NCBI GenBank assembly: GCA_951406725.2
Contig: OX597825.1
Coordinates: 2,356,001 to 2,420,000 of the forward strand
Reading direction: 5' to 3'
Length of the DNA: 64,000 nt
From: Octopus vulgaris
Taxonomy: Eukaryota
Both the position numbers and the translations under genes were made by a program. Below are positions 25,831-38,432 of this stretch, one piece after another. A model generated the notes under the pieces. That model was not told the origin of the DNA and did not search any database. It saw only the letters and a list, made by a program, of their open reading frames with translations. How positions within the stretch are numbered: position 1 is the first letter of the stretch; the number at the start of each line of letters is the position of its first letter.

Positions 25831-26990
25831 AGTAAAGAAACAGGGATTTGGAGTCACATGCAGATTTTATTCATTATTTTATTTGACTAATTTTTATTGA
25901 ACTTCGATTTCAGAAAATAACAATGAGTGGCCCTATGATTACTGATGAAATGAAAATGCATTCAGTGATTGTGCCTTTCGAGGCTAAGCATGGATATTTA
26001 GAAATTTCTCGTTTTCTGAAAGTTGCAAGAACTTTTGTCCACAAAATTCGGTGTGAGTTATAAAAAAGAAAAAAAAAAATTGCAAACGATCTGATTCTAT
26101 GAAGACATCTGACTTTATTCAAGAAGTTAAGCAAAACATTGAAGATAACCCAGGAAAATCAATGAGGAAAAAAATCGTGTGTCAGAAAAAAACAAAAAAC
26201 AATCAGAAATTTCGTTCATGAGGACATCAGATACAAATCTTATGTGATGAGGAGAGGTCAATTCATGTACAAAAACAACAAAAGAAAACCGTTTAATCAA
26301 ACCCAAAATATTTTAAAGCAAACTTTACAATCTATCAGAAGAGGTGTGATTTGGTTTTACTCAGATGAGAAAAACTTTGATCACGACCAGTAGACTAACA
26401 GAAAAAATGACAGATGGATATGTGCAGACCCTTCTGAGGTTCCAAGAGTAATGCATATAAAATGTCCTGCAATTTTCATGGTTTTGGGTGCTGTTGTAAT
26501 GAAGGACATGTGATGCCGCCTCAATATTTTTCCAGAAGACCTTAGGATGAATGCTGGATAAAATTGTTAAACCCTGGATCAACAGTGAATGCAAGAAAGC
26601 GACAGGTGGTAGCAATCGTTAAGTCACCAAGGCTCAAAATGACACAAGAATGGATGGCCGACAGTTTGCATGATCTCATGCAATATTTGACGTCCTAATT
26701 CTCCAGCTCTCAAACCACTTCACTACTTTATATGGAGCACTGTTGAGAAAAATTGACAATGAATACCCCCAGAGCTCCAAAGATTCTTTGAAAGCCGCCA
26801 TAGTTCGTGTCATGTCCGATATGATCAAGGACCACCTAATCCAAGCTTGTAAACAATTTCGACCCAGCGTCGAGGCGGTTATTGATGCTTATGGTGGTTT
26901 TATTAAATGAAATTATTAAATTGATAATTTAGCTTTATGTTATTTTTTTCTGTTATTATATAAGCGTTTTTTTTATTAAACCATAATTCC
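25831..26990 (+). mobile_element. Decayed Tc1/mariner transposase, maT (DD37D)-like
   Basis: Joined frames: LEISRFLKVARTFVHKIR...IEDNPGKSMRK...VHEDIRYKSYVMRRGQFM...WFYSDEKNF...NRKNDRW...EGHVMPP...MTQEWMAD...PNSPALKPLHYFIWS...SLKAAIVRVM...FRPSVEAVIDAYGGFIK*. The second catalytic D segment is missing, so spacing cannot be confirmed. Confidence 0.85.
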
Positions 26991-27699
26991 ATCCTCAAAT
27001 ACCGTCCACACCATGTAGTGACAACATGCTCTAGAAATATTTAGTGTATAGGTTACTGAGGGTTCGAATGGGGTAACCGACAAAGTATGGATCGGTAGAG
27101 AAGTTTGAATATTAAAGATTGCTGCAGATTTCACATTCAGCCATATTTTCCATATTCGTATTTGCCAATCAAAAAGAGAAAAAAGAACAAAAACAGAAAC
27201 ACCTTCTCCTATCTCTAAATATGCGACTGAGATTACAATATCTACAACAAAAGATAATACATATTTAGTGACAAATCCTTTCATAGACGGAACTTATTAA
27301 ATTAAAGCTTCTAAAAAAAACTACAAATGTATACAGTGAAGTGCAAGACAGCTCAGCACGTTGGAGATTCGTGAAATAAGAATACGTTCGTGAACCATTA
27401 TATTTTTGGCAGAAATTATTTCTTAAAATTTAGGAAACAAGCAATTGTTCCTCATACTGGCACAATGCCAGGAACTTGTGAAGCGATGATACGTTGATTA
27501 ATTCACCCTCAGAAATTGGAAGGCTTTTAGTTTATCAAGCCTGGAGGTATTAATGATTATAGATATAATATTTATAGTATTTATTATCAGAACGCTGTGA
27601 CATCGAAACAATTTCGAAAGCCAAGTATTTCGAAACGCTAAAGTGTGTCTGCCATTCGTCCGCTTTGCAAAACGTATCTGTATGTAATATGAGGGGAGA

Positions 27700-27912
27700 C
27701 AAGAAAGCGACAGGTGGTAGAATCGTTAGGTCACCAGTCAAAATGCTTAGTGGCATTTGTCGTTACTTTCAGAGTTCGAATTCTGCCGAGGTCAGCTTTG
27801 CCTTTTTTCCTTTCGAGGACGGTAAGATAAGTACCAGTTGAACACTGGGGTCGATGTTATTGACTTACCATTTCCCGTAAAATTGCTGGCCTTGTAGCAG
27901 CTTGAAACCGAT
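27700..27912 (+). mobile_element. tRNA-derived SINE with Deu/Nin-type domain
   Basis: gagttcgaattctgccgaggtcagctttgcc...cctttcgagg...ataagtaccagttgaacactggggtcgatg...aaattgctggccttg. Confidence 0.8.
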
Positions 27913-28947
27913 ATAAGGAGATATAATGGACATACCATTCGTTAATAGGTAACAGAGCCATTCCTCTCATTAAACGTAGAAATATGTTTTTGCTATTCAT
28001 ATGGTTGAATCTAATGCTTGTTTTAGCAGTTATCGGTTTTGAAGTTCGATATTATCGCTTGATATTATTCTCTATTTCTTACGATCAATGCAACCTATTG
28101 ACATATTAATGGTGTGATTTTCAAAAGAGAAAACAGAAATAAAACATTTAAAGACATAAGGAAAAAAAGAGTTATGACAAAATACCACAAGCTGAAGAGG
28201 ACGTAACGAAAACATCAGAGACGGATTTTATGACATGCCATTTCGAACAGATATAACATAATTTATTTGGTCAAATATGCAAAGTAATAATGATACCAAG
28301 GAAATAGAATTTGGAGTTGTGTACATACAAATCACACGTTAAATGAAGCCTGGCGTATTACCAAATACTGTTTCGTTACCAGAATATTCCACGATTAAGA
28401 TTATACTTAGCCGAATGAAAAAGTTAGCTCCAAAGAAGGTAGCTCCAAATTCTTAGGTTATGTTTCAAAGCTAACTAATGACAATGATATTCAGTTACTC
28501 GTAATCACTTCCCTTCGTTCTTCGTTCAGATGGAATATATATAAACTTGCCTTATTGAAAGTATCATGGCCCATTTTAAAGAGGCTAGGGTGTAATTGTT
28601 GGTTCTTTTCCTAGTAGAACACACACAGTTCATCTAGAATATAGCACGTCTTGTTTTTGCTATTTAGCATCTATTCAGCTTCGATTGCGTAAGCAATGCT
28701 CTTCTCTGTCGAGTAACTAAAATGCCTCTATTCAAAGTGTTCTTCATACTTCAAGTGCTGGAGTGTGATTTCTGTAATGTTTGGTGTATATTTATGGGAA
28801 GTCTATCGAGCTTGGAGAAGGTGTCTGCAATAAAACTTAATCTATGCTATACTGAAATTGTACGTTAAACGGAAACCTATACCACTAACTGGCACCGTAT
28901 ATCACTGATACCCCCTGAACCGTGTTAATTATAATATAATTTTAAAA

Positions 28948-29100
28948 CCATGGCTGTGTGATAAAAGGCATGCTTCCCAACCACGAGGTTCCAGGTTCAG
29001 TCCGACTGCGCGTCATCTTAGGCAAGTGACTTCTATTATAGCCACGGGTCGACCAAAACCTTGTAAAGGGATTTTGTAGACGGAAATTGAAAAGCCCGTC

Positions 29101-29159
<59 letters not shown>

Positions 29160-29447
29160 TAGATATATAGATAGATTGATAGATAGATGTGTGTATATAT
29201 ATACATATATAAAGATAGATAGATAGATGTGTATATATTTGTGTGTTAGTGTCTATGTTTGTCCCTCCACTATCCACTGACAGCCAAAATTGTTGTGTTT
29301 ACGTCCCTGTAATCAGAGGTTCGGCAAGAGAGATCGATTGAATATGTATCAGGTTTACTAAGAATAAGTCCAGAGGTCAACTTCTTTGACTAAAGAGGCG
29401 GTGCTCCAGCATGGCGACGGTCTAATGACTGAAACAATTAAAAGAAT
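28948..29447 (+). mobile_element. Near full-length tRNA-derived CORE-like SINE with internal microsatellite
   Basis: tggctgtgtg head, ggttcagtcc B-box-like, cttaggcaagtgacttctatt CORE-like, internal (TA)/(GATA) at 29102-29240, tail gcggtgctccagcatggc...aatgactgaaacaa; multiple copies in the window. Confidence 0.85.
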
Positions 29448-31119
29448 GGGGTCGGGAGCTCGGATTCTGTATGCAATATAGACTGCATTTAATGACAGAC
29501 GAAATGCAAAACACCCCTTGATATTCAAATTTATGGTTCCCTAATTGTTATCGCTATTTTCCTTCGAAGTTTACATAATGTATTGAAATTTATATTGGAT
29601 TATATAACATCATGAATGCGTGTGAGTATATGTGTATGTGTATAAACTGTAGACGCAGAAAATGCGTGTGTTCCCATGCTTGAATTTCCTGGTGACCTGT
29701 GTGACTAAGGGATTGGAACACAACAGCTGCTCTCATCTTACAATAGCGTTTCTGGCCTGCTTCGCTTTGGGGCTGTACAAAGTAATCGTAACTAAATTTG
29801 CAATTCGTTGATCTCTCTAATATTATTACCATTGTCAGTGTCATCGTTATCTTCCTCGTCTACGAAATGAAATATTTCACAATAGAATTCTTTAGAACTC
29901 ACTGTAAAGTTGAACTGAAATTACTAATTTCTTTGATGAAATACCATCTTCTGTAGCTATAATTATTAATGATCAACTAACAGTATATTAAGTATTTTAA
30001 ATTTTTTCTTCTCATTTTTTTGATGTTTCTTTTTATCTTATGTTCCTGTTCATGATGTATGACCAAAATAATATTTTGAGACAATGGCAATGATTATAGC
30101 TTCAAGCTACTTCCCGCTTGAACATTTTCACCAAGAAAGGAGATAGCAAAACATTTAAGAAAGTTATAAGAAATATAATAATATATTTTCGTTATTGGTG
30201 TTCTGTATAGCTTAAAAGTCTTGCTGAGCTACATTTACTCGATCTCGATACCACTTTACAAACCTGGTAACAAAATCACTGCTGCCAAACACATAATTAT
30301 CGTCTTCTCCAGACCCGTGCTTTTTTTTTCTCTTTTGTCTTTAAGCATTCGATAGTGGGGTACATCGATCACGTGAACAGTTTACCCTTACTAAGACAAG
30401 CGCAGGGAATGACTTAAAGCACAGCTATCCAAGCTACAGCTGTGTCCACTACGTATTACTATACCTGCTATATTCACACAACTTTGTACATATTGTAATC
30501 TAACGTAGAAATAGAGCAATAATATTCGTTAATAAAAAATTCCACATCTAATGCCACTTACGTCTTTAAATGTAAACGTAACGTTATGTTTTAGTCAAAT
30601 GCAGAATAATCTAATTTATCTTAAATTAATCTACAATGTTTAAAGTCAGAAAACAATTATCATTATAAAGACTCAGTTACGTCAGGTTTTGTTATCCGAG
30701 ACGAGTCCTGTGTAGACAGGTTTATGATCAAATATATTCTTCTCGTAACATCCGAGTTCAGTTCTACGCAGAGAGTCTTCAATTGTATTAACTAAGGTGT
30801 CCATCGATTGACTGTAAAAACCTCGTTACACCTATTACGTTTATTTTATTACTTATTTATAAAACTATTGAAGTTGTAATTACGTTGAAATGCAAGTTAC
30901 CTTACCGAGTTTATACACACATACACGGCCATTCACATACGCACACACATCCACACACATCCACACAAAAACACATACACACAAAAACACATACACACAC
31001 AATTAGGCAGATTAATGGATGATTTATGTTTTTCGCATGAATATCGAATTAGTGTGGTACGCGAGTCCTAAGATGACCATCATTAAGTATTTTAGATGTG
31101 TTTCAGTAAACTTAATCTC

Positions 31120-31420
31120 TCTTTGCTTAGTGGTTAGGATTTGCAAATCACGATCGTCTGGTTGCGTGTTCGATTCCTGGCGGCGCGTTGTGTTCTTGAG
31201 CGAAACACTTTATTTCCCTCAGCAGACAAAAATGAACAGTACATTCAATGCAAAGGGCCAGTCTTGTCCCCTTCAGTGTTATACGGAATATCCCTGAGAA
31301 CTACGTTAAGGATACACCTGTCTGTGAAACACTCAGCCACTTGCACGTTATTTTCACGTGCAGGCTGGTCTGTTGGTCTGATCAACTAGAACTTTCGTCT
31401 TCATAACCGACGTAGTTTCT
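31120..31420 (+). mobile_element. tRNA-derived CORE-like SINE, head shared with 9293-9634 but different body
   Basis: gcttagtggttagg...cgatcgt...gttcgattcctgg...gcgttgtgttcttgagcgaaacactttatttc. Confidence 0.7.
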
Positions 31421-31769
31421 GGAACCAATAGCTCGTTGTTTTCGAGTCCCTCGTGTACGAAAACCCAGCATTTTCCCCTCCAGGGCTTATATGCCCCCAT
31501 ATTAGACCATTTTGTTTAGCCATTGCACGGTGACCGCTTTAACCCTATGAAATATTATTATCATCATTTATATGTTTATAAAAATCGACCTTACCACAAA
31601 CTATCGCATATATAATGTATAATATATGTGTGTGTGTGCATGTATACTTACGTGTATATATATATAAATATGTATGTATGTATATATATATAAATATATA
31701 TATATGTATGTATGTGTGTATGTATGTATGTATGTATGTATGTATGTATGTATGTATGTATGTATAAGA

Positions 31770-31968
31770 CATTGGTATCTAGAAGACCCAATGTGTGGTG
31801 GGTAACGCTAAGTAACTCAAACATTTACCTCTATTTAAGAATCTCACATCGTCTCTGAAGAAGGGATATACATAATATCCCAGAAACAGCTGTAAGACTG
31901 TATCTCTTCCCTTATAAATAACCTGAAAACTCCTCACAGCCTTGGCTTTGTTATATCTTTTTGTCTAA
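31770..31968 (+). mobile_element. Penelope-like repeat between (TATG)n and (CATA)n tracts
   Basis: About 200-bp unique insert in microsatellite, carrying a hammerhead. Confidence 0.6.
31851..31898 (+). ncRNA. Minimal type I hammerhead ribozyme
   Basis: gucu-CUGAAGA-a-gggauau-acaua-auauccc-a-GAAA-cagcug-UA-agac. Stem I 4 bp, stem II 7 bp, palindromic ACAGCUGU stem III, GUA site at 31892-31894. Confidence 0.8.
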
Positions 31969-32037
31969 TACATGCATACATACATACATAAATACATATA
32001 CATACATATATATATACATACATATAAATACACACAT

Positions 32038-32084
<47 letters not shown>

Positions 32085-32656
32085 TGACCAAGGCACTGAA
32101 TAAATGAAACTGAATACAGTATACGTTTACAAATCCATCAGGAGGGCGGCCAATATTCTTTTATTCGCCGCTGCTGCGCTGGTGATTCTTCGACTTCGTT
32201 CTTTTTCTAATCTATTCCATCCATCTATTGAAGCCGAATTAACATAACACATCTTCCATACATGCAACTATTTCTATCCCGATTTTAAAATAATCTTTAC
32301 ATAGGACACTGTTGTTGTATGCTGATGTATATATGTTGTTACACAAACACTGTCAGTAAAGACGACCACTTTCAATTAGCCTTACCAATGTTTGATCTTG
32401 TCAATACCAAACCTTTTATAAAGTATTTCACTTCCCAAATGGACAAATGTAATTATGTGTTCTATCGTTTTATTGCTTCCCTTGGTTTTGCTCCTCAATC
32501 AGTTTACCAAATGTTATTTTCATGTTTGACTAGTTTCGCTCATTCCAACCGCCATTGCTTCTGGCTCCGTTCCTTTCTTGGATCAGATTCAAAGATTCTG
32601 TGAAGACTACCGGGTCATCATCGAAATAATAAAATGTCATTCTTTATCTTCCGAAA

Positions 32657-32714
32657 ACAACAACAACAGCTCCGCCGCCGCCAGCACCACCATCACCACC
32701 ACCACCATCACCAC

Positions 32715-32782
<68 letters not shown>

Positions 32783-32798
32783 ACAACAACAACAACAA
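32657..32798. repeat. Compound (AAC)/(GCC)/(ACC)/(ATC)n trinucleotide microsatellite
   Basis: Directly visible. Confidence 0.95.
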
Positions 32799-34649
32799 AA
32801 TGAAAAACAAATAATCAAACGAATATTTATCGAAAGTTGTTTATTGAATTAAGAATGTAACGTACATATCTAAATACGAATTTTATTCATGTTATTGTTT
32901 TTTATTTCATCTTTTCAAATGGAATATAAAAATCAATATCATGTAACAAACGATTCTAATTAGTTCTAAAATAGTGTATAATTAATTTATTTCAATTAAT
33001 TTTAAACTTAAAGAATTATATTAGATTGTAAGTAAAATCTTATTTTAATCTTTCGTTTAGCTAAATTACGAAAAGAAATTAATGAATATGAAAAGACATA
33101 GGAATATTCTAAAACATATAGGAACTTTCTTTTCTCTGAAGACCAATTCTTCATTTAGATAACAAGATGTCTCCTTACATTCTCTACTATTACATTTGAT
33201 TTTGAACAGTTTTCCTTGGCCATCAGTTTATCTTTTCTTTTTTGCAAAGAATATTTCTTCCAGGATGCTATTCATCAATCTTCTTTCTAAATACATATTG
33301 TATCACATTTTCCCAGGAGTTATTTTGGAAGAAATATTTTTCTCTTCATTGAATTTACCAGTTGCTTTCACTCCAGCATGAACAATGTTAACACCGCCAC
33401 AAGCAATAACTTGATTACCACTACAACTACATCACAAGCAATGCCAACTCCATAGCCTTCACTTACATTTCTCTCCGTCGTCATGAAAGTGACAATCTCG
33501 TTATCATCTTCAACGTCAGAATCGCGTCTTATTTGTTGTCAACGGTTTCACAGCCGCCACAATTATCATCACCGCTTCAGCCATTTTCATATTAATTACA
33601 ATCATCGTGATTTTCATCATCGATGACGTTAATTCTTTCACAACCTTCGGAGCACAAATAGCTCCTCACGAACTCAGTTCGTCAGATGGTTGTAATCTGT
33701 AAACAGTTTCTAGTAGGAACCGGAAAAGAAGAATGGACACACAATGCGCATATGCGCACTGAATTCGTAAAACGGAAGAGAAGAATATAAGCGCAATGTC
33801 AAACAAGTCATATAATGGCCTGCGTGCCACGTTTGATACTCCTGTCACGCAGCTTTGCTGCAATTTTCTTGGTTTACCATAGTATTCTTTGCTAATTTAG
33901 TCTGCATGTTTCAGAAATCCACATATAACCCATTAATTACTATGTGCATTTCACTTCCAGCTAAGCACAAAAACATTATATCTCTGTATTTCTAACATAA
34001 ACATTCTTCTATTTTTCTAGAAGACCTTATAGATGCATCGTTCAACATTTGGGGTGGGGGTACAGATCCAGTTTCCCAGCTGAAACAAAAATCAATTTCC
34101 GCAAGTTTCTTACAAACTATCTACAGCCATGTTTGTACACTTTTCTTCAGGAATACCGTCTCGACCTTTACCAATTTGAATTTTATCCTTTACTCAATGG
34201 ACATATATGTCTGATTCCTGGCAAAATGAAATCCCCGCATTGTAACTCCGAGGCAAAGCTTACACCGCGACCCAAATTACATTCACGCATCCAAGGCAAA
34301 TACGTGCAGCTTCATATTTTAAGACTTTCTAAAACATTTAGCCCTTCCTTTCAATCACTCATACGTCGAAATCGACGGAATTTACCGTCATTATTAATAT
34401 TTTCTACCGGCACAGTTACTGTTGCCTTAGATTTCAAAATCCATATCTAAATATGGATTTCGGAACCTAACACGCCTGTAGCTGTTCCGGTAATCTATAT
34501 TGATAATAACATTCAGCTTTAATGATTATACACGACGTTGGTCTTTTACTCCTAACTTTCGATGTAAAGTTTCTTTAGTACCAATTTATGCGTACATACA
34601 TATATACATACAAACATACGTACGTACCTACCTACATACCTATCTATTA

Positions 34650-34685
<36 letters not shown>

Positions 34686-34758
34686 AGCTATCTGTCTATA
34701 CATACATACATACATACATACATACATACATACATACATACATACATACATACATAAT

Positions 34759-34801
<43 letters not shown>

Positions 34802-34864
34802 GTTTAAATATTTGTTGTGCAATATGACCATTCCGAAATATAACAATGTATATATATATATACA

Positions 34865-35070
34865 TATAACAAAAATCAGAGTGGATGACAGATTTTAGTA
34901 GGCCAAGCTCATTTATCATTGGAATGCAAACATACAAACTTCATAAAAATTTCAACGAGATGTTATCTTTTAAACCTAACATCTCGATTACTTTGTTTAT
35001 GTACTTCGTATTCCAATGTTAAAGGAATTTGACCTACGAAAATCTGTCATGCACTTTCATTTTTGTTATA
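34865..35070. mobile_element. Foldback/MITE-like imperfect palindrome, about 205 bp
   Basis: tataacaaaaat...atgacagatttt-agtagg pairs with cctac-gaaaatctgtcat...atttttgttata; inner attggaat/attccaat and cgagatgtta/taacatctcg; TA at both ends. Confidence 0.75.
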
Positions 35071-35129
35071 CTTTGCTCATATTGAACACTAATTAGGTAC
35101 GCTGCAACAAAGGTTTTCCTCTTTTCTTA

Positions 35130-35172
<43 letters not shown>

Positions 35173-35235
35173 TCTAGCTGTCTGTCTGCCTGTTCGTCCA
35201 TCCATCCATCTCTCCCTCACTCACCTTCTCTCTCC

Positions 35236-35315
<80 letters not shown>

Positions 35316-36559
35316 TTGCACATGCAAACCTACAAGCATCTTACACGCAAAAGGATAAACAGAACAGAAATAATTCGAGAAGCCAATGAATAGAAAGTAA
35401 AATACAGGGGGAATTAATGGATAGGTTGAATTTGAACCGACCATAACACCATTTAATCGTTTCTCAAACTCTCCACGGCTGCAACCAGACGTATTAGTAA
35501 GCATCTTTTACGACGGTAGCTGTTGAGAAATATTAGTGCTTTTAGGTTGTTGACTTTACAGTTAGGTTTAATGTATTAGTTTTAATATTTTTTAGCAAGT
35601 TTTATTCCGAACCTAAATGCTTTTGCTTTATTCTGAGTTCATCAAAAGAGTTCGTGGCACCATAGACGCAGAATTTTTTTTCGGTATGTACTGTTTATGA
35701 CTTTTGATGATCGTTGAATATTTTTCTTGTGCATCCGTTTTATTTCTTCATTATTAACTCGGTGGGGGGTATCATTGTTCTGCTGAAGAAATTGCTTTTT
35801 CTCACCCGATGTTTGTTTATTTATGATAAGTCTTCTCTCTTTGAGATATTTTCTATCTTCTTCCATTCGTGTTTTCACCGATGGATAATAGCTTTTCATC
35901 TGAAGTTATTATTTCTTCCTAACAGTTATGCTGGTATTGTACTACGACTTGGCACAGTCAAAGAATGCAACGTTTGTTCATCTTTTTTTTTATATTGAGC
36001 ATAAATACATTTTAATTTGTCATCTTCAGATTTTTGTCTGAAAGTCGCCTGGAACGTGAGTTTTGTTATACATTTTACTCTTTTCGTTATCTTTACATCT
36101 TCATTTTCCAATTTTGGCGGTCTACCAGCTATTCCATTTTGCGGTGATTTTAAACATGATTTGTATTCGACCCCGAATAAGTAAATCTTAATGGCAGTGG
36201 AATTTGATGTCAGGGCAGAGATAGCCAGAATGAATGATCCACGGCAGTCTATATAACACTCAAGTGATGTACTTCTTTGTTGCCATGATCGTGATATTAC
36301 GAAGTATGGCTGTTTTTTCGGCAAACATGCTTTAAATATTTTAATTCCATGTTTCATACAATGTTGAGAATTGGTTTGAGTATTATCCGCCTGTTTCACG
36401 GGGTCCGCTTCAATGATGCTTGCGTTCACAGAAACTGTGATGCCAGAGCCATAAATCGAAGCTATCAACTTTCAGTTATGGAGCAGATATGATTCACAGA
36501 TCCATACATTTCCGATAGGACTACGTGTTAAGAGAGAAAGTCTGAGCACAAGATCCGGT

Positions 36560-36900
36560 TAATCGAGATAGTAAAAACAATAAATAGTTTGTGATAAAAA
36601 CAAATTTGAAATGACATAAAGAAGAACATAGCAATGTGGCTTGGACGATACAATATACAACCTGTGTGAAAAACCACAAGTAGAAAAGCCAAGCCGACTA
36701 GTCAGAGCTCGTTGAAGAGGATAAGTTAGTTTATGAGTGGTAAAAACACTAGTGCTAAGAAAATATCAAAGTTCTTGGCAAATTTACATGAAAAATGTCA
36801 TTGATCAACCTAAAGAACAGCAAACTGGCTCAAGTGAATGGCTACAAAAGTGCTCTCCTATCAGACATGTTCTGCTAATATTGATTGGCAACGATGTTTA
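36560..36900 (+). mobile_element. Decayed 3' fragment of an R4/Dong-like retrotransposon
   Basis: EHSNVAWTIQ/YNLCEK resembles RHDNVAxxxHWxLCEK; LQKCSPIRHVL resembles the C-terminal LQKxxLLG segment. Confidence 0.4.
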
Positions 36901-36979
36901 TTGACTGTATATAAGTATTATTGAAATAACAATGACATGAAGAGATATTTTTGTATCTTACCAATAAATGATAAAGTTA

Positions 36980-37023
36980 TGCCTATTCAATATGTTAATA
37001 TAATTAATCATTGAGTCTGTGTA

Positions 37024-37077
<54 letters not shown>

Positions 37078-37380
37078 TGTGTGTGTGTGAATTTGTTACT
37101 TTAACTCCTTCGAGACTATCCAACCGAAATTCATGAAACTTGACACGTGTGTGGGGATCATGCCCATGCGGTCACTTACGAAATTTTTAATCAGCATCGA
37201 TTTTCAAAAATCAATAGGACATTTCAATGCAAATTCTCATATGAATTTTATTTTCTGCCATAACATTTAAAGTTTTCAACCGATTTTCTTGAAATTTTAT
37301 ACATACATGGAATATAGGCTAAGAGTGAGTTGAAACGAATAAAGTTTTACCCAGTTCACTCAAGCAAAGCGTAAGAGGAT
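36980..37380 (+). mobile_element. Helentron-associated non-autonomous element (HINE/DINE-1/pearl-like)
   Basis: (GT)n tract followed by two copies of a core motif: taactcc...caaccgaaattcatgaaacttgacac (about 37102-37146) and taacatt...caaccgattttcttgaaattttatac (about 37261-37302). Confidence 0.6.
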
Positions 37381-37890
37381 TTTTGATTAACTGATTAACA
37401 AAATTTGGCTTCTGGGGTTAGAATGTTCATTAATTATTGCAGCATTCTTAGGTTTCTGTAACTTGGATTTTCTTAACACCTGTACTTAAAATTGTCGGTT
37501 TTAACCGTTGCAATAGATATTTCATTCTTACGATCACTGAGACTATACTCTGGAAGCACCGTCGTCAAATTAAGTGACTTTTCTCTAAATAATACTTTAT
37601 TTACATTTCAAGCATTTATATTGTTTTTTTCCCCTTTACAATTCCCTTCTTCATGTTTCCATTGGATAAATACTTGCAGCTTTCCACTAATCTGACTACA
37701 CGATAGTTTTTTTTCCAACTCCACAAGTTTTATTTGCACTATTGTTTCGTGATTGAGTTTGCTTACACCTTCTATTATCCTATGCCTTGATTTCATTTTT
37801 TGTCTGAGAGAATTTAGGCATTGTAATAAGTACTGGGGATATCTCCGCTCCCGTGTATTACGAGACACATCAGCTAGTACATATATGTAT

Positions 37891-38009
37891 ATCACCGTGA
37901 TCACCGTGACAGACCAGGCCATCAGATGTTACTAAACATCGCTGGTCACAATGCGTTTCTCATTGTTTTAGCCTTCAAATAACGCCACCCCACTGGCTAA
38001 GCGAGCAGG

Positions 38010-38013
<4 letters not shown>
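37891..38013 (-). mobile_element. Short (about 120 bp) unclassified structured repeat with (CACGGTGAT)2 tail
   Basis: Second copy at 2903-2948; internal hairpins; terminal 9-nt tandem; abuts (TA)n. Confidence 0.7.
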
Positions 38014-38050
<37 letters not shown>

Positions 38051-38114
38051 TCATACATGTATAAATACATATTTATATATACATATATATATGTATATAT
38101 ATCTATATATTTAC

Positions 38115-38208
<94 letters not shown>

Positions 38209-38218
38209 TATATATAGA

Positions 38219-38276
38219 CATCAGGTGTCTTGGGTAAATTTCGAACCTGGGTTCTCATTCCTAAGGTATTTTTTGA

Positions 38277-38280
<4 letters not shown>
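38219..38280 (-). mobile_element. Fragment of the 9864-10135 Penelope-like family, truncated inside the hammerhead core
   Basis: catcaggtgtcttgggtaaatttcgaacctgggttctcattcctaagg shares the arm and spacer sequences of the palindrome. Confidence 0.8.
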
Positions 38281-38310
<30 letters not shown>

Positions 38311-38319
38311 GAAAATCCT

Positions 38320-38432
38320 CCGAATCGACTTCGCCTTTCATCATTCGATTTTAATGAAATAAGCACTGGTTGTGCAGTGAGGAAGATGTAAACCGAGACC
38401 CTCCCTCCCCTAAAATTTGAGATCTTGAGTTT
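38320..38432 (+). mobile_element. 3' fragment of Deu/Nin-type SINE
   Basis: tcgacttcgcctttcatcattcg...aaataagcactggttgtgca...taaaatttg. Confidence 0.5.

Noticed and set aside
28192-28220. CTGAAGA...GAAA hammerhead-like spacing
   Set aside because: No stem I or stem II pairing.
37500-37800. Minus-strand peptide possibly from a DNA-transposase HTH
   Set aside because: Too degenerate to assign to a family.
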